A stretch of 64,000 bases of DNA, from assembly GCF_964355755.1 (NCBI RefSeq), contig NC_092678.1, positions 16,163,881 to 16,227,880 of the forward strand, in the 5' to 3' direction. Of this stretch, positions 53,132 to 64,000 are shown piece by piece (the first letter of the stretch is position 1; each line of letters begins with the position of its first letter). This DNA is from Antedon mediterranea (taxonomy: Eukaryota; Animalia; Echinodermata). Position numbers and translations under genes: made by a program. The notes below the pieces were generated by a model. That model was not told the origin of the DNA. It searched no databases and worked only from the letters and a program-made list of their open reading frames with translations.

Positions 53132-53642
53132 CTGAAAAACAAAGTTAAAATTGAGGTGTGTAGAAAATGATCTTTTATTTTTAATTTATTAATAGTTATA
53201 AAACATAGTACTGCAGTAAGTGTAGGGCTGAGGAGATTGTATACAAATCTACCTTTTTACTACAGTATGTTTATACTGTATCAAACCATTAGGCGTACTG
53301 TATTATAGCCCACTATCAAACTAGTTTGACAAAAAAAGAGTGATGTACCCAAACATGGTAGTTACATGGCCAAATATGGTAGTGGTATGACATCATCATG
53401 TCCATATATGGAAGTATCTCATACTGTAAAGTTTGATAGTGTAGACAGAGCTTTAAGATAAAAACATTATTTATTTGGATAATAATTAATTTAAATCTTA
53501 TCAGGAAATCTTGGTCAAAATTGTTTTTAATATTAAGCTCATTTTTTACTCTAAAGAGAAAGAACAATTTAAAAAATAAATTATAAATCTAATAATAATG
53601 TTACTATTATTTAAAAGTAACATTTTACAAAAAAAAACTTAC

Positions 53643-53729
53643 CATTCAATTTGTAAATTAGAACCTGAGTAATAGTATAAGCTGCCTACATTGTAACCCC
53701 CTCTATTGTTGTTCTGGGAGTCAAATAAC
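53643..53729 (-). CDS. DD3-3-like A exon 3 (LFDSQNNNRGGYNVGSLYYYSGSNLQIEW)
   Basis: GT-AG boundaries, phase 2/2; matches paralog B. Confidence 0.92.
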
Positions 53730-54142
53730 CTGAATGAAAAATAATGTAATTGGTAAATTTGTATACTCAATTACAGTTTATGGCATTGAGGTCTGGGGTA
53801 CTTACTTTACAGAAAAAATATCCTCAAAAAAAAACTCTTTAATTTTAAACTGAAACTTTATCTACTAGAAAAACATGATTTACTATATTCAAACTTATTT
53901 CATTTTAATATCTTTAAAATCAATTATGTTAATAAGTAATGTATTTTACTTTGAAGGCCTAAACTTGAGTAGCAAAAGCCGATTTATTTTGGTCTTTTTT
54001 GTCACATTTATTAATGAAGTTTTATTGTGTATCTTATGTTATGATAAATTAAAGTATTTACACATCCGATATTTTCCAGTTTTTAATTCAGATTCTGAAA
54101 GTTCAACATTCAAGGTTTTCAGCTTGGTTCTCTAAAAATATG

Positions 54143-54582
54143 CAATATTGAATATCGAAACGTGGCAGGCTATAGGCGCTTGATCTTTGACAAGATCGCC
54201 TAAAATTTATAATTTAAAACTACGATACTTCGTATTGTATATTCAGGAATAGCCGCTCCATAGTCTCTTTGCTTTTCTTCCTTATTATCTTATTCTTATT
54301 AACTCAAAATTATTAATACTAACAAACATTACTATTTATATGCCTAGTGTGTTTCAATTTCATTTAACATCCACATACAGTACAACTCTTCTTAACAAAA
54401 TTGTTTTAATCTTCTATCAACTAAAAGTCGTAGTTAGTCATGTCTCGGGTCACATTCTATGGTCACCGTACAGATAGGCTACTACATCAGTACTTATGGA
54501 TGACTAGTTGGTGACAAAAACGCTAGTTGGTGATACCCAGTACCGTTTTGATTTTTACAATCTTTCGGGAAACCACCTCACG
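54143..54582 (+). repeat. Unclassified dispersed repeat (copy 2 of 15132-15589)
   Basis: Colinear high similarity. Confidence 0.85.
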
Positions 54583-54774
54583 ACGTATACATGATGGATG
54601 TTTACTAATTTATGGAATTTTTAAAGGACTGCAACACAACTTTAAAGACATATTTATAATATAAACCAAAAAAATGGTCAAAAAATTGGCATGCCTGCCA
54701 ATTGTATTTTTTGTACTGTAAGTGAATAACTTTATTAAAACTACAAAATAAAAGTCTGATTTTATTTATCTTCA

Positions 54775-56140
54775 TTTACCTCCGCCAAGGAGGTATATGT
54801 AATCGGTAGTGTGTGTTTGTTACTTGGCCAAATTGAAAATTGGCCAAGTATGTTGATTGGTGCGTGTTTGTTTGTTTGTTTGTTTGTTTGTCATCACTCT
54901 AGCGCTCACAGTTTTGAATCGAATGACTCCAAATTACTACCATACATGTCACCTGGTGCAAGGACGACACTGCCCAATTTTGGTTAAAATCCGGACCACG
55001 GTTCCAATTCTGGGCCACTTTTAAAAATTATTTTCAGACCTGCTAGTGTTAAAAGATAGGACAGAATTATCAAGAGCCGGTGAGCAGTCTTAAATTAACA
55101 AGTAAACTTAAATTGCATTTTCTCGGGAACTACTTGTCCAAAAAACTTCATTTTTGTACAAGAGGCAAGAGTTATAATTTGTGATTTGTAATTTTAAAAC
55201 TGAATTAGATTTAATATAGCGGTTTTTTGATGCGAGTAGTTTACAAAACCTATTTCTTTTCAAATTCACCCGTGTGTTTTTCGCGTTGCTGTTCTATTGT
55301 TAGCCGACTGAAGCTATTGTTCGTTGAAAGGCTGGTTACATAACCTGTACACCAAACTCGTATACACATGATTGTAGTGAAATTAGCCTAAATCACACAG
55401 CATAAGACACACACTTTTGGTGAAAATTGGGTCAATGTCAGGAGGCCAATTTTGATTTTGCCAAGTATCGCGCTATGCGCGAAGGCTAGTATGTTTGTTT
55501 GTTTGTTTGTTAGCAGGATTACTCAAAAAGTAAATACAATATCTTTATCAAAATGAATATACAGATAGATATGTGGTCAAGGACCATTCCATTAAATTTT
55601 GGGACCATTGTCCCAATTCTGGACCACTTTTTAGTATACTTTTCAGACCTGCTACTGTAGTGTTAAAAGATATGACAGAATTTTTTAGTCTTTTTAAGTC
55701 TTAAAGTAACAAGTATAAAACTGAAATTGCATTTTCTCGAGAACTATTTAAGTCAAAAAAACTTCTTTTTTGTACAAGAGGCAAGAGTTATAATTTGTGA
55801 TTTGTAATTTTGAAACATAATTTGATTTAATGTGCACGTTTTTTAAAGCGAGTAGTTTAAAAAACCTATTTATTTTCAAATTCACTCGTTTGATTTTCGC
55901 GTTGCTGTTCTATCAATGTCAGTCAACTGAAGCTATTGCTAATTGAAAGGCTTGTTACATAACCATTACACCAAACTCGCATACACATGCTTGTAGTGAT
56001 ATTAGCCTAAATCACAAACAGCATTAAGACACACACAAATATATATAATATATATATTTTTTTTTTTACTGGAGAAATCTTATGTAGGAGAATTTTACAG
56101 TAGGCGGAGGTATGCACTCTCGTAGTGGCTTTTAGTTTTT
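54775..56140 (+). mobile_element. Helentron/DINE-like element (TTACCTCCGCC type) containing a nested TTACTTGGCCAA-type element (54821-55490)
   Basis: 5' ttacctccgccaaggaggt, (TGTT)n, 3' subTIR ggcggaggta plus small hairpin and tagttttt; nested copy ends ttgccaagta-cgcgctatgcgcg-aaggctagt. Confidence 0.8.
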
Positions 56141-56395
56141 TATGTTTTTGAGGGACAATACATGTTTGAAATGACTGAATGAAAGTTTCTGTGTGATCAT
56201 TATTTACATAAAAAAAAATCTTGAATTTTTGTTTTGTTTACATTACTTCATCAAACATCTAAGAAGTTCATATGTTTACTGTTTACTGTACATACTTTTC
56301 ACCCTTTTTTAAGAAGAAAAATCAAAGTTGGAAACCTGTAAATTGACAAGGAATCCGAATGATCTGAGAAGTTCATCTTTTTCATTTTTACTTAC

Positions 56396-56449
56396 CGGTT
56401 TCCGTTATTTCTCTCTCGCTTTGCTTCATCCAACCTGTTATTGCTTCCC
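56396..56449 (-). CDS. DD3-3-like A exon 2 (GSNNRLDEAKRERNNGNR)
   Basis: GT-AG boundaries, phase 2/2; matches paralog B GSNNRLNEQSANRNNANR. Confidence 0.92.
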
Positions 56450-57054
56450 CTACAAAAAAAGTATTCATTCGCTTTTAAAACAAACAAAATGTATATAAAA
56501 TTATAGAAAAACCATGACAATAACTTTTTTTAAATTTTTAAAAAGTCCCAATCTATTATTTTAAGTAAATCTTTTGAACTATTCTTAAGAATACAGTATA
56601 ATTATGATAAATAAAAATTGTTGTTCTACAATTAAAACTTCAATAACATTTTTCAATTAAGAAGAAAAACAATTACTTTATATAAGACTGACCCAAACAT
56701 TCCATTTAGTTCATGTTTACCAGAAAAACAAAGTTCCTCTGTATTTATCCTTATTAATACATTGTGTTATACAGTATGAAATAGATCACTCAAATCCGTC
56801 AAACTTGATAAATTTGTTTTAAAAACCTTAATCAATTAATTGTAGTATCAACAAGTAATTTAAAAAGTGAAAAAATATATCAAACTTTATTTGTTCTCAT
56901 TATTATAATAATCAAACATATTACAGTAGTAAACACTTGGTTTAATTAATTAGGGTATTTTGTGTTTTTGTATTGTATTAAAAATAAATTACATTTTTAA
57001 ATATAAATAATACTAAATAGGCCAAATAGTAAATACAAATAATTAAAGCCATAC

Positions 57055-58570
57055 TAGGCTTGCACTGGCCGATCGCCAAGTCGCCATGGGCGAAAACATT
57101 TCTGGACTGGCGAAAAATAAAACGGCTACTTTAGCCATTTTGGCGATGACATATGATAAAATAGATAATTAAATAATCATTTTGGCGAAAGCATAAAGTC
57201 CAACTAAAAGGTCCATTTGTCGATCTCCAAGCATTTATTTGTGATTACAGGTGATTACTTCAAGCTCCATTTTTCATCAACTTGTTTCGTTGTACCAGGC
57301 GTCTCTTTGTTATTTCAAAAAGATTCAGATAGCAGAGGTAGACTGCATACTGTAGAGAGACAGACGTTACACGACACATGGATGATGAAGTCTACCCAAA
57401 CTATCACATGTTGTGCGCTGCACAAACGATCGACTACGTAGCCGACGGTCGGCTAATTACCGGGATTGTCTATTTTTCGATAGGGGTGTACTTTTCAGAT
57501 TAAAAAGAAACATTATAGTATCTTCGATGAATGACGTCTTAATCTTATCGAAATCAAAAATGTATGCGTTATGCATTTAGAGTCTTCTAATTTAATGTAG
57601 TTTCATATTTTACCCTTAATAAACTTCCCTCGTGCGTCAGTGTAAACAAAACAACATGCGGGAAATGGTAGAGTCTAACGGGGATTTAGCTAAACACACA
57701 CGTGCATCTGAGCGGGGCCGGCCGCCGGCTTCTGTGTTGTTGTGTAAATAAATAATAATCGGGATAAATTTCTCGGCTACCCAATTTCTCGCCCCGACAG
57801 AAACGCTTCGGCGCAGCCTTGAGGGATGGAAAGACGTGTACTCTGTGCTTTGGCCTATATTATCTTACGTTTAACAACGATACGAGTGTTCGTTTGCTAG
57901 GAATTTTCCTCGGAATTTTCCTCAATATTTTTAGCATACGATATACCGTTGCGTTGTTGTACATAATTTTGTAGGCCTAGGCCGGCGGTTCTGCACTTTA
58001 GCACCTCTTGAGCATACCCAATTTAAAAAACATTAACCCGCTGCGCGGCGGTGATTCTGAGTGATTCTAGGACACAATTTTCGCCTGGTACGCCATGGAA
58101 GCCGTCACACGCAAACATGACCAGCCAAGCGTAAAAAAACAAAAGTAACATAGCGTTCAGGGGATTTCAGAAAACTGTAAAATGTTTCTTATTAAATTGA
58201 TAACTGTATGAATGCTGTATTGTATGATTAACAACAATTTGAACAATTGTTTTGATCATGTAAAAAAAATACAAAAAAAATATTTGTTTTAATCATACAG
58301 TGATTTAGGCATGGTTCTTTATCTCAATGCCTTACAAAAATGTTCAGGGAACAGTGTATAAACCTGTCGACATAGATAAATTGACTAAAATGTTTTTACC
58401 ACTATATTTCAACAATTTTAAATTTTGGCTATAAACAGATTCATTTGGCTAAATAAACAAATTTGACTTTAGCCATTTTGGCTATAGATAAACTGATTTG
58501 ACTAAAAAAAAATATTTTGACTTTCGCCAAATGGCTAGGCTAAACAAAATGAAATGTTAGTGCTACCCCA
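57055..58570. mobile_element. Non-autonomous hAT-like DNA transposon in intron 1
   Basis: Imperfect TIR TAGGCTTGCACT / AGTGCTACCCCA, flanking (A)GCCATAC duplication, subterminal tggcgaaa/ttggcta repeats. Confidence 0.65.
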
Positions 58571-58884
58571 GCCATACAATGTATTTGTTTACCATACAGT
58601 ATATTATTGGTTTTCTACTTTAAGGAAATAAGTTTTTAAAATAGAAAATAATTATTATTTGGCCTATCTATACACATTCGTCATGTTTGTATTTTGTAAT
58701 AGACCTACGTACAACACATAGCAATCGTTGTAGTGTAGGCCTACCAATGTTAACAAGGGATTTGCCCTCCTCGGTTACACTTTACAGTGGCAAGGTATAA
58801 CATTGGTCTTGTTGGCAGGCCTCACAATAAATGTTGAGAAAATCTGTCAAATAGAAGTAATGTAATCGTAAATAACAAACTAAC

Positions 58885-58961
58885 CTTGGATTTTGTAAGT
58901 ACATATCTGCATTAGCTTTGTTAAAAACAGCAATTAACATCATTACTGCCAGGCCTTTCAT
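58885..58961 (-). CDS. DD3-3-like A exon 1 (signal peptide MKGLAVMMLIAVFNKANA then DMYLQNPR)
   Basis: ATG at 58961, donor AG|GTTAGT phase 2; the 14 exons total 2325 nt = 774 aa plus stop. Confidence 0.9.
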
Positions 58962-61514
58962 ATTGACGCTGTCGCTCTAACACCACCGCTACCTGTTTAT
59001 ACCAGCGAACGATTGATCTTTTCCAACTTTGATGTCATCCGCTCTGAACCCCATAACTAATATTATCTGATAAAAAAAATAGTCCTATTCTGGAATAAAA
59101 TATTTCTTAATTCTCTATTTACAGTATTCTAAACAGAGTTAACATACAAAGAGGAATTTAAACCATATGACATTAGCTCTAAATAGGTAAAAATTAAAAT
59201 TATAATTACATAAAATCGAGTTTGTTTTGTGCGTAATAATACATAAAGTTATTAAGGGACCATCTTGCCCAATTACTTTCCAATTACTGTATTCTAAGAC
59301 TGTCACTAAAATAGGCACCAATAACATTTAAATTAATTCTTGTCCTTTGATTGGATTGGGACACATGGCGTGCAGTGTAGTACGTACTATTTAACGATCA
59401 TGTAATAATTTTTTTCATTATTTCGTTTACAAATAAATCTGCATGGAATCTACAAATGATGGAATAGAAGAAGCAACTCGACGCATGAGGCGATCTATCC
59501 TTCCACAAGATCAGAACAATGTCAATTGGGCAAGAATTTCATTAGATGTTACATAAAATATAATGAATGTCTTTATATTCGAGAAAAGAATGTCATTTCA
59601 CCACATGAAATTATTTGTACCAACGCACTCATAAACATCTTAATTAGACTGTGCAAATACTTTCAGAAACTTAAAAAAACCCTTTTCCCATATAGACTAC
59701 ATCATCTTTGGCCAAAAGCGCCTAAATCTAGGTAACATTTAAGGCAAGCCAAATAATTTTGCCTGTCAAAACTAAATCGGAACGATCAAAAAGCTTCCTT
59801 GTAAACGTTTGTCTTTTTCATAAGTGGTAAGCATAGTAGGGCCTATATCCTTGTCATTTTTTACCCTGACTTAAGTTTTTCTTCTGTTTTGATGTAATTT
59901 TACAGTATTTGAGTCGATTTTTTGGACGTATTTTGATGTGTTTATATAATTATAATAATATAGGCCTATTGTATAATTAAAAAAAATCAAAAGTTGCAAT
60001 ACAAGTATTTTATTATTATATTAATTATGAAGATCTATTTTTGTATTACTAAAAATAAACCATTTTTAATGAAATATAATTTGTACTCTTTTTTTTTTCT
60101 CTTCAATTAACCACTTTATTTTTATTTAGGTTAGAAAAGAAATAATATTCCATATTCATATGTAAAAAAGAATAAACATCAAAATATTTATTTTTTATCG
60201 ATTTAACGAACATTGTTCAATGAAAACATTGGCCTTGTGACAAGCACAGAAAAAGTGAGTAATTCAGGGATCTCGTTCAACAATCTTGACAGGTATTGAT
60301 TAGGTAAACCATTACGTCATTATAATACCCAAATATGGAAACATGGCCAATGACTAAACCCACGTTGAATTGAATGACTCAATCTCAATTGTCAATAGAC
60401 CGTACTGCGGCGAACGCTTTTATCTCAAATTTACCCAAACAGTAATTGCTTTTGGGCTTGACGGGCTTATTAGTTCAGTAGGGCCTACTTGATATCAAAA
60501 TAATAAGGTAAGAGTTTACTGTTGTACGCCACTGTTGTATTGCTAGATATAATATAGGCAACTCTCACGGTTCTATATTTGCCAGCTAACCGTAGGCCAC
60601 CGCTAACTCTAATGCACGCAAACTATCAACCTCTTCGTTGGGCAGAAAGTGCTCAGCACAGGTAAATTAGGCCTAGTAACTGTACATAGAACGGCAAGCG
60701 CGATATTCACTGGCGCGCCAAGCTGTCATGTATTCAGGTAATAAATAGTTATATCTTTTTTTAAGAGACAATCTGAGTTTTAAATATAGATATCTGTACT
60801 TAGTTTTTACTAACTAGGAACTACTGGCTATAGGGCATAAGAACAACACTATTTGTCATGGTGAGCTACCAACGGAAAAATTACAAAATTAATTGTAATT
60901 TTTCAATGATATTACGCATTTTTGTTGATATGGGCATGGAGTAAAGACTCCATGATATGGGTGGTGTTTATTAACTTGAAAATGAATACTCGCATATATA
61001 AATGGTTTAATTAATTAATTTGAATGCATTTTCCTCTCAAATTGTGATAAAAATGATCTTGCATATACTTCTGCTAAAGACAAACGTGATGACACACGTG
61101 TTTGTTCAAAGTACATGTTTCATTAAAAATCACTTAGAAATGAGGGACTGTCCCTCACGATGCGAGACGGTTGGTAACTATGGACTACTTCGGAAATATT
61201 TGATAACTAAAGCAATTAAAAATTAAAGGTACAACATTTTTTTTTTAAATAAATCCATATAACTGCACACCACTCAGTTCCATAGTAGGGAAAAAAGGGG
61301 GATGAAATTGTACCAGAATAAAACAAAAACTTTTAAATGTTATTATTTTTCTGTGTGCGTGTGTTGTTCACGACCTACTGTGTAAATAATGATACTAAAA
61401 GTCAAACTATCCATTTGATTGAACAAAATTTTTCAATTCATACAATATATTTCATACAATACTCAAGTTTCAGATCTTGACAAATTGTGAGAGCCCTACA
61501 GTATGACAAATTAA

Positions 61515-61834
61515 AGGACAACTTGACCGAGGACCACATTTTAACAACGTATTAAGGAATATGTACATATGATTTCAGAACCATCGCGAAATTAAGGATA
61601 TCGCCGCACATGCTCGTCGTACAGCCATCGTCGTAAATTGGTGCATCGCAAAATTTATGTAATGAGTTTTCTAGCAAAGTCTGGCAAATCGCGAACATTT
61701 CTAGTAAACACACTGTAAATAAATCATAAGAAAATGTAAATGTTGATTTTTTTTTATTGTTTCTGGACTCATTACAGCACTTAACTGCGATGACTGTACG
61801 GCGAGCGCGTTCGTCGATATCCTTAATCACGCGA
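61515..61834. mobile_element. Truncated copy of the 12384-12814 foldback MITE
   Basis: TTAA|AGGACAACTTGACCGAGGACC start and colinear internal sequence. Confidence 0.8.
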
Positions 61835-62002
61835 TTATTTATTTTTTATTTTAATTATCAGGTTATTTTTGGCTGCGCATACACGGCCTAAAAAATGACA
61901 TATTTATGATAAATTGTTATTTGCTTTTTTTTTATTTTATTGTTTTGTATCATTATTCATTTCAGAAATAATTTAGAAAGACAGACACGTACTAATAGAA
62001 AG

Positions 62003-62143
62003 ATGAAGTTTCTAATTTGTTTGTTTGTGTGTGTTTCGGTAACCAACGGCGACCTGTATCTGCATAATCCTAGAGGTTCCAACAATCGACTTAATGAGCA
62101 GTCAGCCAATAGGAACAATGCAAACAGAATGTTTGACTCGCAG
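62003..62143 (+). CDS. DD3-3-like protein B, first coding exon (MKFLICLFVCVSVTNG-DLYLHNPRGSNNRLNEQSANRNNANRMFDSQ)
   Basis: Acceptor catttcag at 61965, signal peptide, strong similarity to gene A N-terminus, phase-0 donor GTTAGT. Confidence 0.9.
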
Positions 62144-62880
62144 GTTAGTAAGTGGAAGGAAGGTTGGAGGTGGGGGGGGGGGGTTCACAATAGCCATGCG
62201 GGGCTAAATAGTGGGGAGGAGGATTGGCACAATGACATGGTGATAAATTGAGATCACGTCCTTGTTTCAGGAGTCTGTTTAAATTGGTTTATTTGAACGG
62301 TAAAGTACCAGGGCCAGCATGAGGCAGACGAGGCACTCGTCTGAAATTTTCAATTTTCACCACCCACCCCAATTCCCCAGCACAGATCAACATTTTATAT
62401 TAATAATTATATTTAAAGCATCTTTGCCTCATCTGTTTTTAACCTCTAGCTACGACCTTGAGTACCTACAGTATACAATTGAATTACCACAAAATTTCAT
62501 AAATGAATGAAAATTATACATTTATTTCTGAAAATACATTGATTGCAATTGTAAAAAATGAATAAATATGATATGATAATATACAGTAGTAGAGTAATTT
62601 AATGTATACTGTTTGTTCAGCTGTTTGGAGCTGATGCTTTTATAATAAAATGATAATAATGTATTTATTTAAATCTATACATTGTTATTGTATTGTACAT
62701 GTTTTCTTTTACTTATTTCACACACATACTGTAATGTGCATGACTCTATAAAATGACTTTGAAATGTTTTTTTGAAAATCATAATTCTTTATTTATTCGT
62801 TTCAATTTCAGTTAACCCAATACCTTGTTAGAAATGTTATTCAAATATATCTACTGTATGCATATACTTTTATACACTAA

Positions 62881-63035
62881 AGCTCTGTCTACACTATCAA
62901 TCTAGTTTGACAAAATAAATGTGATGTGCCCAAATATGGTATTGGTAGACTATATAGTGATATGACATCATCATGATTGTCCATATATGGGCACACATTT
63001 GTTTGTCACATTAAGTTTGATAGTGTAGACAGAGC
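62881..63035. mobile_element. MITE family B copy
   Basis: TAA|AGCTCTGTCTACACTATCAA ... TTGATAGTGTAGACAGAGCT|TTA. Confidence 0.88.
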
Positions 63036-63247
63036 TTTAGTGTATAAAATTATATGCATATATAAAACCTCTATTTATGGGACACCGGAACAATATGCTG
63101 CAGGTGTCCTCAGAATAAAGGTTTTAAGACTATCTCTCCTAATTCATTGGAAGTGTCCCCTTAATAGATTGTAGCTGGCGTCTCCCGATGGATGGTTTCT
63201 ACTGATTCTACTGAAATTTATTATTTTTTTTTTTTTTAAATGTACAG

Positions 63248-63325
63248 AATAACAATAGGGGAGGTTACAACTTTGGTGATTCATCAAATAATCCATCTAA
63301 CAACGAAAACCAACAATATAGAATG
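63248..63325 (+). CDS. DD3-3-like B second coding exon (NNNRGGYNFGDSSNNPSNNENQQYRM); gene continues beyond the window
   Basis: Poly-T plus acag acceptor, GTAAG donor, phase 0/0; continues the DSQ-NNNRGGYN motif. Confidence 0.9.
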
Positions 63326-63623
63326 GTAAGGCTAAATGTTCAATATTAATTTTAAAGCCTGTGTATCAGGGTCACAGGTCATGATGTGAGTGTTTCCTGG
63401 TGAGGGTGAAATGGCAATGCGCGCTGCATGCTATAGGTATATTGTATTAAGCTACTGTAGAGTACCTTTTGCATCAGGGAGTTGCGAAAAAAAAAACATC
63501 TGACCAATTACTCAACTCCCTGATGCAAAAGCTACTCCACAGTAGTTTAATACAATTACAACCCTTTTGGTGCAGTGCCCGCTACTTACTTAGGCTCGAA
63601 TCTAACCACTAGCCATCAGCGCA

Positions 63624-63695
63624 AGCTCGGTGGTCTAGAGGTATGAACGGCAGGCTAGTGATCTGGGGGTTGTGGGTTCAAGTCCCACCGGAGAA
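63624..63695 (+). pseudogene. Degenerate tRNA-like sequence
   Basis: TGGTCTAGAGG A box and GTGGGTTCAAGTCCCAC T-arm. Confidence 0.5.
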
Positions 63696-64000
63696 TTACT
63701 TGCAAATTTGTTCTTCATACGTCATACTAAGTACATTTGAGGACGAAAAAATTCTCAAGTGTCCTCAAATGTACTTAGTATGAAGTAAAACTTATGTCAG
63801 AGTAGGGCAAAACATCTGACCATTGCTATATGTATTAAGTTTAAATAAAAGAAAGAATATGAGGAAGCACATGTACCTACCTTACTTTGAACGCACTCGG
63901 AATTTCAACCAATTGGCAAATAAATGAATAGGTTTCAGTGGTGTAACGAAGGGGAACCAAACCTTGAAATCCCCAGTGGTCTAATGGTACAGTAGGATGT

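Overview
AT-rich, intron-containing animal genomic DNA. The SINE families and gene content suggest an invertebrate deuterostome, possibly an echinoderm (inference only). Four protein-coding genes can be reconstructed by hand: (1) a single-exon type I membrane LRR protein without a TIR domain (6164-7933, +); (2) a 3-coding-exon SPACA9/C9orf9-like ciliary/sperm microtubule inner protein (18143->13024, -); (3) a complete 14-exon, 774-aa DD3-3-like type I membrane protein (58961->32200, -) with all splice phases consistent; (4) the 5' end of a second, divergently transcribed DD3-3 paralog (62003->, +) with different intron positions. The rest is dense with repeats: MITE families, Helentron/DINE-like elements, tRNA-derived SINEs, minisatellites, and a three-level nest (Deu-SINE in Sola2 in CACTA-like element) inside one DD3-3 intron. 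The most notable observations are a minimal type I hammerhead ribozyme at 30070-30114, LPMO-like and cupredoxin-like motifs in DD3-3 with non-canonical metal-ligand positions, and strong regionally biased enrichment of TAGGCCTA. No database searches were run; family calls rest on remembered motifs.
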